This document shows, piece after piece, positions 32,990 to 42,667 of a stretch of 64,000 nucleotides of DNA. The first letter of the stretch is position 1. The number at the start of each line of letters is the position of its first letter. The position numbers were made by a program, and so were the translations under genes. The DNA comes from Cyanobacteria bacterium P01_A01_bin.123 (lineage in GTDB: Bacteria; Cyanobacteriota; Cyanobacteriia; Phormidesmidales; Phormidesmidaceae). Location: NCBI GenBank assembly GCA_039815185.1, contig JBCBZT010000009.1, forward strand, positions 32,001 to 96,000. Reading direction: 5' to 3'. The notes below the pieces were generated by a model that ran no database searches, was not told the origin of the DNA, and saw only the letters and a program-made list of their open reading frames with translations.

Positions 32990-33053
32990 TGGTGAACCTA
33001 TTGCCTACGAATTGTTCGATTTGACTCCGAGCAATCCTTGGCTAGACCAGGAT

Positions 33054-34139
33054 TTAGCGGAAAGGAGGCGCATAGAGCAAACCACCTTCGGTCCAAAGCG
33101 CATTTTGCCCGCGCTCTAGGTTGAATTCAGAGTCGGCGCCCAAGTTAGCATCAAAGATTTCGCCGTAATTGCCAACGTGGGTAATTACCCGGGCCATGAA
33201 GTCATTGGGCAAGCCCATGTCAGACCCCAGCGTGCCTTCTTCACCCAGGAAACGAGCGATGTTTGGATCGTCGCCGCCCTGAAACTCGGCAAGATTTTCA
33301 GAGGTGATGCCAAACTCTTCGGCTTGAATCAAGCCGTAGGTCACCCACTTAACCGTGTCAAACCAGGCAGAGTCGTTGTTAACCGTCACTGGGCCTAGGG
33401 GTTCCTTCGACATGGTGACCTCTAATAACACATGAGCATCAGGCTCAGGTAGAGTACTCCGACGGGCAATGAGCTGAGATTTGTCGGAGGTCATGCCTTC
33501 GCAACGACCTTCGTCGTAGGCTGCATAGGCCGCATCTGCATCCTGGAAGACCACAGGTTCAAACTCAACACCAAGCTTGCGCATTTGGTCAGTGAGGTTG
33601 AGCTCGGTGGTGGTACCAGTTTCAACACAAACCGCTCTGCCTGCAAAGTCTTCAAGTGTTTCGATGCCAGCATCTGTACGCACCAGCATGCCCTGACCAT
33701 CAAAGAAGGTAGTCGGTGCAAATTCTAGCCCTACCGACGTATCTCGGCTGACCGTCCAAGTGGTGTTACGGGACAGCATGTCCACTTCTCCACCGGAAAG
33801 AGCCGTGAAACGCTCGGTCGAATCAAGCCGACGGTATTCAACCGCCTCTGGATCGTCAAACAACGCAGCAGCGACAGCACGGCAGACATCTACGTCGATC
33901 CCAGAGTAAGCACCGCTCTCATCCACAAAACTAAAGCCAGGGATGCCACCATCAACACCACAAACCAGCTGGCCCCGATCTAAGACCGTTTGTAAAATGC
34001 TGCCGCCAGAACCTGAAGCGGCAGTTTCACCCCCATCAGTAGCACCATCATCAGACCCTGTCGTTGCCGGCTGGCCACAGGCTGTCAGGGGGACAGCGAT
34101 CGCGATCGCTGCCGCTAAATAAAGACCCCATTTACGCAT
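33054..34139 (-). CDS. natF: Amino acid ABC transporter substrate-binding lipoprotein (AapJ/NatF-like)
   Basis: Lipobox LTAC; RGQLVCGV, RNTTWT, SKEPLGP, VGNYGE and GGLLYAPPFR motifs. Confidence 0.92.
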   Translation of the reverse strand: MRKWGLYLAAAIAIAVPLTACGQPATTGSDDGATDGGETAASGSGGSILQTVLDRGQLVCGVDGGIPGFSFVDESGAYSGIDVDVCRAVAAALFDDPEAVEYRRLDSTERFTALSGGEVDMLSRNTTWTVSRDTSVGLEFAPTTFFDGQGMLVRTDAGIETLEDFAGRAVCVETGTTTELNLTDQMRKLGVEFEPVVFQDADAAYAAYDEGRCEGMTSDKSQLIARRSTLPEPDAHVLLEVTMSKEPLGPVTVNNDSAWFDTVKWVTYGLIQAEEFGITSENLAEFQGGDDPNIARFLGEEGTLGSDMGLPNDFMARVITHVGNYGEIFDANLGADSEFNLERGQNALWTEGGLLYAPPFR

Positions 34140-34247
34140 AGTCAAACCTCACGGTTACACACACAGTTCAACAAGAAGACACACTACTACAACTAGATGT
34201 TAAAGCGTTATCTTGCTTAACATTCCAATGCATTGGGTTTTATTTTT

Positions 34248-34300
34248 GCATTAAACAATACAATTTTGCGGAAGGTGACGGAGTTCGTTACGGTTTGTAC
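34248..34300 (-). promoter_or_regulatory. Possible NtcA-like sites upstream of the amino-acid ABC operon
   Basis: Minus-strand GTA-N8-TGC (34248-34261) and GTA-N8-AAC (34287-34300) each match 5/6 of GTA-N8-TAC. Confidence 0.3.
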
Positions 34301-34321
34301 GGATAATTTAATCGCAATGAT

Positions 34322-35605
34322 ATGAAGATTTTGTGCATCAGCAATGGCCACGGTGAAGATATCATTGCGCTACAAATCCTGAAATCGCTACAGAAAGCTG
34401 ATCCCACAGTAGCCATCAGTGCGCTGTCAATTGTGGGTGAAGGCCATGCCTATCGACAGGTCAATATTCCCGTAGTCGGCCCCACCAAAACCTTGGCTTC
34501 TGGCGGCTTTCTCTATATGGATAGTCAGCAGTTAGTCCGAGATATCAAAAGTGGACTGATTTCTCTCACGCTGGGACAACTGCGGGCGATTAAACGCTGG
34601 GTTACGACTGAGGCAGGCTGTATTCTAGCGGTCGGTGACATCGTCCCTTTGTTATTGGCTTGGTGGAGTGGAGCACCCTATGCCTTTATCGGGACGGCTA
34701 AATCTGAATACCATTTGCGCGATGAACAGGGCCCCTTGCAGCGAGAAAACTGGTGGGATCAGCAAGAAAGTGCCGCCGCCTCTGTTTATTTTCCCTGGGA
34801 ACGCTGGCTGATGGCCCGACGACGTTGTCGAGCAGTTTTCCCACGCGATCGCATCACGACTGAGCGGCTATTGCGCTGGCCGATCCAAGCCTTTGACTTG
34901 GGCAACCCAATGATGGATGATTTGATGCCGACTCCAGCTTGCCTGGCAGCCAAAGCGACTCATCTTGAAACATCAGGCCGATCACACAAACCGCTAACGG
35001 TAACCCTATTGCCGGGTTCTCGTCCCCCAGAAGTCTATAAAAACTGGCAAATTATCCTCACGGCCTGCACCTGTTTGGTCGATGCAGACGCGACGCAACC
35101 CTTACGGTTTCTTGCTGCGATCACGCCTAGCTTAGACCTAAGAGCGTTTGAGTCATGCCTTGCCCAGGCTGGGTGGCAGCCTGCAAATACGCCGCTACCG
35201 GTTCTCCACGAGGGTGAAACCTACGTTACCTACACCCGAGAAGCAGCCGTACTAGCGCTAATTTCCGATGCCTATGCCGACTGTTTGCACCAAGCCAATT
35301 TGGGAATTGCTATGGCAGGCACTGCCACAGAACAATTGGTGGGCTTGGGCAAACCTGTGATTACGCTTCCCGGTCAAGGTCCCCAGTTTACCCCCACCTT
35401 TGCCCAAGCCCAGTCTCGTTTGTTGGGGTGCTCAATCGTTCATGTTGAAGATGCCAAAATGCTCCCTGGTGTAGTTAAAGACTTGATGGGCGATCGCGAA
35501 CGGCTCGACCAAATTCAGGCCAATGGCCTCAAGCGGATGGGGCGTCCAGGGGCGGCTAGGCGAATTGCAGATCGGTTGCTGGAGGTCTTTGAGGATGAGC
35601 AATAG
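34322..35605 (+). CDS. Lipid-A-disaccharide synthase-related protein (TIGR03492)
   Basis: SNGHGED, PTKTLASGGF, AVGD, GTAKS, GNPMMD, LLPGSR and MAGTATEQ motifs. Confidence 0.88.
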   Translation: MKILCISNGHGEDIIALQILKSLQKADPTVAISALSIVGEGHAYRQVNIPVVGPTKTLASGGFLYMDSQQLVRDIKSGLISLTLGQLRAIKRWVTTEAGCILAVGDIVPLLLAWWSGAPYAFIGTAKSEYHLRDEQGPLQRENWWDQQESAAASVYFPWERWLMARRRCRAVFPRDRITTERLLRWPIQAFDLGNPMMDDLMPTPACLAAKATHLETSGRSHKPLTVTLLPGSRPPEVYKNWQIILTACTCLVDADATQPLRFLAAITPSLDLRAFESCLAQAGWQPANTPLPVLHEGETYVTYTREAAVLALISDAYADCLHQANLGIAMAGTATEQLVGLGKPVITLPGQGPQFTPTFAQAQSRLLGCSIVHVEDAKMLPGVVKDLMGDRERLDQIQANGLKRMGRPGAARRIADRLLEVFEDEQ

Positions 35606-35694
35606 GGGGTAGAGCTTTACGATTCTCGAAGCGTTGGCGTGGATGGAGAGCTTTCCGAATCAGTCAAGGATGAGACAATACACTGCCCAACCGC

Positions 35695-36936
35695 TTAAAA
35701 CACCGTGCCATCGCTTTCGATTTGAATGGGGGGTAAGCCGTTCCTTAACTGCTGGGCCAGTTGGCGTCCAGCACTCCAGGTGCCCCCTTGCAGGACTTTC
35801 ACCAGGGGCAACTCAGCGGGGCTGAGGTTGAGCGTTTGGCGTAGGGTGTCGGCAATTTGGTCAAGCAACACCAGGGTCAGTGCCCGCCACTCGACGATCA
35901 CTGGGGATTCGGGGCGATGGGATTGGGTCGTGATATTGGGCTGCTTAGGTTGGAGCAACCCGATGTCGAGGCAAAGGCCACCGTTACGATATTCAGCCAG
36001 GCCCGTGAGTTGATCTAAGTCGGTCAGCGTTAGCCCCAGATCTTGAAGCGGTTCTAGCAGTGAATAGGTCAACCATTGGGACAGCTTGTGGAACGGCACC
36101 AGTTGGCTGCCTAACCCCGTATCGGGGAGTTGGGGGTGGGGCCAAACGTCGCCCAGGTTGACGCCTGCGATCGCGATTCGACCGGGCCAAATCGACCCCA
36201 ACCCTTTCAAGACAGCTTGCAATACCGTGACGGCAGAGAGTTCCCCCCCAACGGCTTGAGCCCTGAGGTAGTCCACCAAATACCCCGGACGCGGGGTCGC
36301 CTGCCCAAAATAGGATGGCTGAGCGGCTAACGCCTGACCCAGCTTTTGCAGCAGTTCAACTCGCCCTGCTAGCCCCACCAGCGGATTATCGGCACTGACC
36401 TGAAAGCCTGCGGCGAGGCGTTTTGCTGTCAGTGCCGTCAAGCCCTCAGCATCCGCCTGCCAAGGATTTTGTGGATTGCTGGAAAATAGCCCCTGCTTGA
36501 AGCTATGAAAGCTGGCGATCGCGAGGCCTTCTGAACGCGTAAACACTTTCCCGGTGTTGGGTTCGACATAGTGCCAAGCAGCCCCTGCCCCAGCATCTAG
36601 CAGCACACTGGTAATCGCCAAATCAAACTTCATTCGGGCCAAGTCCAGATCGGACCAGCCTGCAAAAGAGGTCGCAACCCGCTCCAATTGTGACTGCCCC
36701 TCGACTTCAAAATGTCGCCAACGGGAGTGAAATGGCACGTCCAAATTGGGATAGGCCGATTGAATCACCTGCAATACAAAATCAGCAGCGGGTTCCAGTT
36801 GCTCAAGATCGACTCGAAAGTGAACGAGTTTATCGGCACAACCCAACTCAAATAGATGGGTGGCGCGATCGCGGATAGCTTGGGGACTTTGGAGATACGC
36901 GATCGCGTCTCGTTCACTGTTGCTAGGGTTCCACAT
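35695..36936 (-). CDS. URC4/urg3 family protein (DUF1688)
   Basis: PFHSRWRHF, SVLLDAGAG, RSEGLA, FHKLSQWLTYSL, TGLAEYRNGGL, GGTWSAGR and SDGTVF motifs. Confidence 0.92.
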   Translation of the reverse strand: MWNPSNSERDAIAYLQSPQAIRDRATHLFELGCADKLVHFRVDLEQLEPAADFVLQVIQSAYPNLDVPFHSRWRHFEVEGQSQLERVATSFAGWSDLDLARMKFDLAITSVLLDAGAGAAWHYVEPNTGKVFTRSEGLAIASFHSFKQGLFSSNPQNPWQADAEGLTALTAKRLAAGFQVSADNPLVGLAGRVELLQKLGQALAAQPSYFGQATPRPGYLVDYLRAQAVGGELSAVTVLQAVLKGLGSIWPGRIAIAGVNLGDVWPHPQLPDTGLGSQLVPFHKLSQWLTYSLLEPLQDLGLTLTDLDQLTGLAEYRNGGLCLDIGLLQPKQPNITTQSHRPESPVIVEWRALTLVLLDQIADTLRQTLNLSPAELPLVKVLQGGTWSAGRQLAQQLRNGLPPIQIESDGTVF

Positions 36937-37067
36937 ACTCCACCTGAGGCGCGGTTCTAGTCTACCGGCAATTTTGAGCCCCAAAACCGCGATCGCTGAT
37001 ATTTCTTTGTACCAGCAAATTCTCAAGATATTGCGTAAGATCTTACTTTCCGCCAAAAAGGGTGATC

Positions 37068-38396
37068 ATGACTGAACCGACGATTGCTGACTCCCCCACT
37101 CCCCCCCTTGCCCCTTCCCCCGCTTCCCCCCCGGAGCGGGCCCCATCGCCCCCCCGCACCCGCCACATCATTCTCACCTCCCACCCCAGTAACTTTGGTT
37201 CTAAAGCCTTGCCGATTCAGTGGGGTGCTGCCGATCCCTTGGTGCGGGGCCCCATTGTCGCCACAGTCAGCGATCCAGATCATCGCAACGTGATTGGTAC
37301 CCACTCTGGTTCTTACGCGGTGTATCGTGCCTTAGCCGTGGCCAGCGGTGCCCTGCAAGCTGATCATCGCCCGGATTTGACCAATACCTCCCCAGTCAAC
37401 GCCATCGGCCCCCATCCCAGTTGGGGCGACGGCAGCAAAATCGTTTCCTTTGATCCTTTTGGGGCCATCGTCGGAGATATCTATCAACCGTTGATCCAGC
37501 AGGGCTACGACATTCGTCCCACAATTGCCATCACCAAAGCCCATATTCAAATGCCCGAACTGCAAGAGGCAGTCGCCAAAGGACGGATCCAAGAAGATGG
37601 CACGCTGATGAAACCGGGGGGCGATTTGGTGGTGACTAAGGCCGCTATCGAACCTGCCTGGCACCTGCCGGGCATTGCCCAGCGGTTGGGTATTGACGAA
37701 GGGGAGTTGCGCTACGCTTTGTTCGAACAAACGGGGGGGATGTTTCCAGAACTGATCACCCGCCACGATTTGCAAGTATTCATGCCACCCATCGGCAGCA
37801 TCACGGCTTATCTGGTGGGTGATTTGGCTGCCATTACTGATCCGCATCGCCCGCTGGCCGTGCGAGTCCACGATGAGTGTAATGGATCAGACGTGTTTGG
37901 GTCAGATATTTGCACCTGCCGTCCCTACCTCGTTCATGGCATCGAAGCCTGTATTCAAACCGCCCAGCAAGGCGGGGCCGGGGTGATAGTCTACTTCCGC
38001 AAAGAGGGTCGGGCCTTGGGTGAAGTCACCAAATTTTTAGTCTACAATGCTCGAAAACGCCAGGAAGGCGGCGATCGCGCCGATGCCTACTTTGCCCGCA
38101 CCGAATGCGTGGCCGGGGTGCAAGATATGCGGTTCCAAGAAATGATGCCTGACGTCCTGCACTGGTTAGGCATTACGCGCATCGATCGATTTGTCTCCAT
38201 GAGCGATATGAAGTACAACGCCATCGTCAACTCCGGTATTGAAATTGTAGAGCGGGTGCCGATTCCCAACGAACTCGTGCCCGCCGATGCCCAAGTGGAA
38301 ATTGAAGCGAAAAAAGCGGCAGGCTATTACAGCGGCGATCGCGTCGCGATGTCCAACGCCGACTTGAAGCAGGTGCAGGGAAGGGGGTTGGACTAA
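37068..38396 (+). CDS. URC1-like GTP cyclohydrolase II family protein
   Basis: Extended N-terminal domain (HRNVIGTHSGSYAVYRALA); RVHDECNGSDVFGSDICTCR; RKEGRALGEVTK. Confidence 0.92.
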   Translation: MTEPTIADSPTPPLAPSPASPPERAPSPPRTRHIILTSHPSNFGSKALPIQWGAADPLVRGPIVATVSDPDHRNVIGTHSGSYAVYRALAVASGALQADHRPDLTNTSPVNAIGPHPSWGDGSKIVSFDPFGAIVGDIYQPLIQQGYDIRPTIAITKAHIQMPELQEAVAKGRIQEDGTLMKPGGDLVVTKAAIEPAWHLPGIAQRLGIDEGELRYALFEQTGGMFPELITRHDLQVFMPPIGSITAYLVGDLAAITDPHRPLAVRVHDECNGSDVFGSDICTCRPYLVHGIEACIQTAQQGGAGVIVYFRKEGRALGEVTKFLVYNARKRQEGGDRADAYFARTECVAGVQDMRFQEMMPDVLHWLGITRIDRFVSMSDMKYNAIVNSGIEIVERVPIPNELVPADAQVEIEAKKAAGYYSGDRVAMSNADLKQVQGRGLD

Positions 38397-39205
38397 TGGC
38401 GTCAAATTTTTCAGGTCAAAGACCCCCGGGGCAACCCCGGAAACGCTCAACCCCGTATATCCCCTGGCGCGACGTGCTGGACTGGCTAGCCCTACTCGCC
38501 TGGGGCACAGTACTGCTCAAGTATTGGCTGACGGGCAAGATTTTTGTGCTGCTCCACCCCGATTACATGTGGCTGTCAAACTCGGCAGGCTTTGCCCTGT
38601 TGTTTATGGCGGCTATCAAGGGCGGACAGTTGATTCGCAAAATACGCTCCCCCCACCGCCTTACTGCCCCACCACCTCACTTTTCCCTACTGCCAAACGG
38701 TATCGGTAGCGCCTTGCTCCTTGCCGTCGCCGTATTTGGCCTGATCTATACCCCCCGCGCCTTTGCCAGCGATACGGCCCTGCAGCGGGGCATCACCGAT
38801 ACGCTGAATATGACGCGATCGCGCCCCCAAGAATTTCGCTTGGGCAACACGCCTGAAGACCGCACGATTATCGACTGGGTACGGACGCTGAATGTGTATC
38901 CCGAACCCGACGCCTACACGGGTCAAACAGCTACGGTAACCGGGTTTGTGATTCATCCCCCCGGTTGGCCCGAGGACTACCTGATGATTTCTCGATTTGT
39001 GCTCACCTGCTGTGCAGCAGATGCTTACCCGGTGGGGTTGCCCGTCAAGGTAGCGGCGGGCGATCGCGCTGACTATCCCCCCGACACCTGGCTCGATATC
39101 GAAGGAACCATGGTTACCGATACCCTAGACGATCGTCGGCAACTGGTGATTGAACCCACCACCCTGACCGCCGTGCCCGAACCCCGCAATCCCTATGAGT
39201 ACTAG
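38396..39205 (+). CDS. TIGR03943/DUF1980 putative permease subunit
   Basis: Three TM helices, LLHP, SRFVLTCCAADAYPVGL and C-terminal NPYEY. TAATG overlap with the upstream gene. Confidence 0.88.
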   Translation: MASNFSGQRPPGQPRKRSTPYIPWRDVLDWLALLAWGTVLLKYWLTGKIFVLLHPDYMWLSNSAGFALLFMAAIKGGQLIRKIRSPHRLTAPPPHFSLLPNGIGSALLLAVAVFGLIYTPRAFASDTALQRGITDTLNMTRSRPQEFRLGNTPEDRTIIDWVRTLNVYPEPDAYTGQTATVTGFVIHPPGWPEDYLMISRFVLTCCAADAYPVGLPVKVAAGDRADYPPDTWLDIEGTMVTDTLDDRRQLVIEPTTLTAVPEPRNPYEY

Positions 39206-40772
39206 CTTGAAACGACCCCGAAAATTTTGGGCCACGCAGCCAATTGATAAAGTCGCGATCGCCTTGATGGCGGTTTTGACCGTGATCGTGGTGGTGCTAA
39301 TTGCCTTAGGGGGCTATGCGGCAGCGCGGGTGCGCGAATTTAGCTGGCACGAACGCCAGGTAGGAGCAGAAGACACGGCTTTTTTGTTTACCTTCAGCCG
39401 TCCGATGGATCACGTCAGTGTTGAAACCAACCTCAAAGTCAACCCCCCCTTGCAAGGCAAGTTTAGCTGGGCCGGACGCCGCATGGCCTTTACCCTAGAC
39501 GCCCCTGCCCCCTACGGTGAGTTTTATCAGGTGAGTTTGGAGACTGCACGGGATAGATACAGCGCTCAGAATCAGGGCGGTGTTCGCTTTGCCAGTTTTA
39601 AGAGCCAGTTTCAGTCCCGCGATCGCGCCCTGGTCTACATCGGTGTGGACGGTGAAGAACAGGGTCGGCTAGTCCTCTTCAATCTGACCCAACAGGACAA
39701 AGTCATCCTCACCCCGCCAGATTTAGTGGTGCTTGATTTTAAGCCTTATCCCGCAGGCGATCGCGTTTTGTTCACTGGCATTGATGCCCAATCCTATCAG
39801 CAGGGCACCCTCCAACAAGCACTTTACAGCGTCACCACTGGGATTACCGCCAACTCGCCAAAAGCACCCGGAAGTCGGACCGGACTCTTTGACTTTAACC
39901 GTGAAGCTACCGCCGCCAAACCTGCGGGAGAGATTGAGCTAATTCTTGACAGCGACCCCTACCAGAACTTCAAGTTTGATCTTTCTGCCGATGGCGAGGT
40001 GATTATCGTGCAGCGGGTTAACACCGACGACCCCACCGATTTTGGCCCCTGGATCATCCACAATGGCAACGCCGCCCCGCTCAACACCGAACCTGGTGGC
40101 GACTTCGCGATCGCTCCCGATAGCCGCACCTTAGTGATGCTGCAAGGGCAAGGCACAGCCATTATTCCCCTCCCCCTTGACGATGACGCTCCCCCATCAA
40201 ACGAACCCCTAGACTTTTTACCCAACTATGGCCGGGTGCTTGATATCAGCGCCGACGGCAGCGCTGCGGCCATGGTCAACTTCAACCAAAACAACCCCGA
40301 CGAACGCTACACCGAATCCCTATTTTTAGTGACCAACCAGGGGGAAGAAAAGAACCTGCTGACTGCCACAGGCACCATCCTATCGGCCCAGTTTGATACC
40401 ACCGGACGCAGCCTCTACGTCCTCTCCACCGAACTCCTCGACACCGAAAACTACGTAGAGCAACCCATCCTATCTGCGATCAACCTGGAGCAGGACGTCT
40501 TAAAAGATTTGCTCGCCCTCCCTCCTCAACCCACCATCAACATGAGCCTCGCCCCCGACGGCTTAGCCCTACTGTTTGATCGCATGGTGCCTGCCGATAG
40601 CCCCGACGCGGAGGGACTTCGCAGTGGTGATGGCCGAGTGTTGGAGACCAGCCAAATTTGGTTGCTACCTCTCTATAAAACGCCAGCGGAACGGTTGGCA
40701 GGTTTGCCCACCAGTGAAATTGAGCCGCAAACGTTGCCATTTACAGGGGTGCAGCCCACTTGGTTGCCGTAG
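39195..40772 (+). CDS. Membrane-anchored Ig-like (SbsA/Big_5) + beta-propeller-like protein
   Basis: N-terminal TM, FTFSRPMD...PPLQGKFSWAGRR, and repeated D/S-x-DG turns. Overlaps the previous gene by 11 bp. Confidence 0.72.
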   Translation: MSTSLKRPRKFWATQPIDKVAIALMAVLTVIVVVLIALGGYAAARVREFSWHERQVGAEDTAFLFTFSRPMDHVSVETNLKVNPPLQGKFSWAGRRMAFTLDAPAPYGEFYQVSLETARDRYSAQNQGGVRFASFKSQFQSRDRALVYIGVDGEEQGRLVLFNLTQQDKVILTPPDLVVLDFKPYPAGDRVLFTGIDAQSYQQGTLQQALYSVTTGITANSPKAPGSRTGLFDFNREATAAKPAGEIELILDSDPYQNFKFDLSADGEVIIVQRVNTDDPTDFGPWIIHNGNAAPLNTEPGGDFAIAPDSRTLVMLQGQGTAIIPLPLDDDAPPSNEPLDFLPNYGRVLDISADGSAAAMVNFNQNNPDERYTESLFLVTNQGEEKNLLTATGTILSAQFDTTGRSLYVLSTELLDTENYVEQPILSAINLEQDVLKDLLALPPQPTINMSLAPDGLALLFDRMVPADSPDAEGLRSGDGRVLETSQIWLLPLYKTPAERLAGLPTSEIEPQTLPFTGVQPTWLP

Positions 40773-40788
40773 ATTAGGATGGGTAGTC

Positions 40789-40821
40789 AGATCCCAGGGT
40801 TTTTCAAAAACCCTGGGATCT
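40789..40821 (+). repeat. REP palindrome (RAYT-associated), copy 1
   Basis: AGATCCCAGGGTTTTT-C-AAAAACCCTGGGATCT with perfect 16-bp arms, preceded by GTAG. Confidence 0.9.
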
Positions 40822-40900
40822 TGGGCCAGACAAGAAACTGATGCAATAGTAACGTCCAGGGGAATTTTAGATTTGGGGACGCTACGGAATCGAATCATTG

Positions 40901-41473
40901 ATGCCACGTCGGAAGACAACCTTTGAGCCAGGGCGCTACTACCACCTTTACAATCGGGGCAACAATCGCCAAAATATCTTCTTCGAGCGAGACAATTATC
41001 TGTTTTTTCTGCGGCAACTGCGATGTTATTTGGTTGAAGACACGCTTCATGTCATCGCCTATTGCTTGATGCCCAATCATTATCACTTGCTGGTTTATCT
41101 GCGGAAAGAGAACTTGTCTGCGCGGATGGGATTATTGTCGTTGTCTTACACCAAGGCAATGAATCAGCGGCATGAGCGATGTGGAGCATTGTTTCAAGGG
41201 CCATTCCAGGCAATTCAGGTTGATCAGAAAGCATATCTGCTGAATTTATCTCGATACATTCATCTGAATCCAGTTAAGGCTGAGTTGGTAGAACGAGCTG
41301 AGGATTGGGAGTTTTCTAGCTATCCAGACTATGTGGAGTTACGTCGGGGGACTTTGCCCAGGTTTGCTGAGGTGCGTCGGCATGTGGGAACGGCGCAGGA
41401 TTATGAAGCGTTTGTGGGGGCGAGCGATTATCGGCAGCAAACCGCGATGCAACATTTGATGTTTGATGAGTAG
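40901..41473 (+). mobile_element. REP-associated tyrosine transposase (RAYT, Y1 HUH)
   Basis: YHLYNRGNNRQNIF, HUH motif YCLMPNHYHLL, YIHLNPVKA and WEFSSY; flanked by REP palindromes. Confidence 0.9.
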
Positions 41474-41485
41474 CTGCGGGGTGTT

Positions 41486-41519
41486 AGATCCCTGGATTTT
41501 TCGGAAAACCCAGGGATCT
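41486..41519 (+). repeat. REP palindrome, copy 2
   Basis: AGATCCCTGGATTTTTCGGAAAACCCAGGGATCT, 12 bp after the RAYT stop. Confidence 0.85.
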
Positions 41520-41583
41520 TGGTCTAGTCAAAACTTTTGAGGCTGTCTTTGCCCACACCATTTATTGAGTCTTGGTGGGGGAT

Positions 41584-41689
41584 GGATTTCAGATAACTGT
41601 GGGGTGGAAGATCCTGGTTTGGGGGGATTTCAGATAACTGTGAGGTGGGAGATCCCGGTTTGGAGGATTTCAGATAACTGTGAGGTAGC
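41584..41689 (+). repeat. 40-41-bp tandem repeat x3, each unit ending in a REP half
   Basis: GGATTTCAGATAACTGTGRGGTRG starts at 41584, 41625 and 41665, each followed by AGATCC..GGTTT. Confidence 0.85.
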
Positions 41690-41722
41690 AGATCCCAGGG
41701 TTTTTGGAAAACCCTGGGATCT
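41690..41722 (+). repeat. REP palindrome, copy 3
   Basis: AGATCCCAGGGTTTTTGGAAAACCCTGGGATCT, preceded by GTAGC. Confidence 0.9.
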
Positions 41723-41733
41723 TGGGCTAACGT

Positions 41734-42591
41734 TTACCCAAGAAAGCTAACCACTGCCTGATTAAACGCCTCCGGCTCAACCAAATGGGGCCAGTGATTA
41801 CCCGGAATTGAAACCGTTGTCAGATTCGTCAGATATCGCTGATAAGGCTTTAACTGCCAAGCCCTACGATTAAGGCCTTGTTCCGGCAGCATCAAACACG
41901 TAGGCGTAGACAAAGGTTCCGTCAACCCAGCGAGTCGCAACACATCTTGAAAGACCCCATTTCGAGCCGCGATCGCGAACTTACTACCCCACCGACCATC
42001 TGACTTCTGCTCCATTCCTGCTTGAAAAACCGCTGCTTGCAACGCACTCCAGCCCCGGTATTGTTTTAGGCCACGGGCCACATCCACCGCCGCCTCATAG
42101 CTTTCAAACGGCCCCATCACCTTAAGAAACGGCAGAACCCGATAAAAAATTGGTAATGTCGGTCGAAATAATTGGGGCAGTCGGTTCACAAAAAAGGGAT
42201 CCACCAATACCAAGTTGCGAATCCGCTGGGGTTGCTGCCGCGCCCAAATCAGTGCCACTTTCGTAGCCCAAGAGTGCGCCACTACATCCACCTGTTGCAG
42301 ATTGAGATATTGCGCCAATGCCTCTAAATCCGCCGCTAACAAATCGGCACTGTAGTCTGTTTCAGCGGGCTTGCTGCTCTCCCCATGGCCTCTTAAATCA
42401 GGCGCAATGCAAAGGTAAGGTGGGTGACTATCTGCTGTTGAAGCATCACTCAACGCCTCCGCCAAGCTTTGCCACACCAACCCGTGATCCGCCAATCCAT
42501 GCAACAACATCACAGGGTTTCCCGTGCCCCACGTCAGGTAAGACAGGTGTAACTCAGCCGATAGGGTTAACGTCTGACGAATTGCGTTCAT
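41734..42591 (-). CDS. Alpha/beta fold hydrolase
   Basis: LLHGLAD, APDLRGHGES, nucleophile elbow AHSWA and PGNHWP motifs. Confidence 0.88.
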   Translation of the reverse strand: MNAIRQTLTLSAELHLSYLTWGTGNPVMLLHGLADHGLVWQSLAEALSDASTADSHPPYLCIAPDLRGHGESSKPAETDYSADLLAADLEALAQYLNLQQVDVVAHSWATKVALIWARQQPQRIRNLVLVDPFFVNRLPQLFRPTLPIFYRVLPFLKVMGPFESYEAAVDVARGLKQYRGWSALQAAVFQAGMEQKSDGRWGSKFAIAARNGVFQDVLRLAGLTEPLSTPTCLMLPEQGLNRRAWQLKPYQRYLTNLTTVSIPGNHWPHLVEPEAFNQAVVSFLG

Positions 42592-42634
42592 CAAATAATT
42601 GTAGATGTATCCCTCGTGACTCCCAAACGTTCTC

Positions 42635-42667
42635 AGACCCCAGGGTTTTTGAAAAACCCTGGGGTCT
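42635..42667 (-). repeat. REP palindrome, copy 4 (inverted orientation)
   Basis: AGACCCCAGGGTTTTTGAAAAACCCTGGGGTCT followed by AACACCCC, the reverse complement of the GGGGTGTT flank of copy 2. Confidence 0.88.

Noticed and set aside
37332..37871. 179-aa minus-strand ORF
   Set aside because: Antisense shadow of the URC1-like gene.
37068..38396. Annotation as riboflavin ribA
   Set aside because: The long URC1-type N-terminal domain and the adjacent URC4 indicate the uracil-catabolism paralogue.
41584..41722. Possible mini CRISPR array
   Set aside because: The intervening segments are about 16 bp, similar to each other and derived from the REP arm. No cas genes are in the window.
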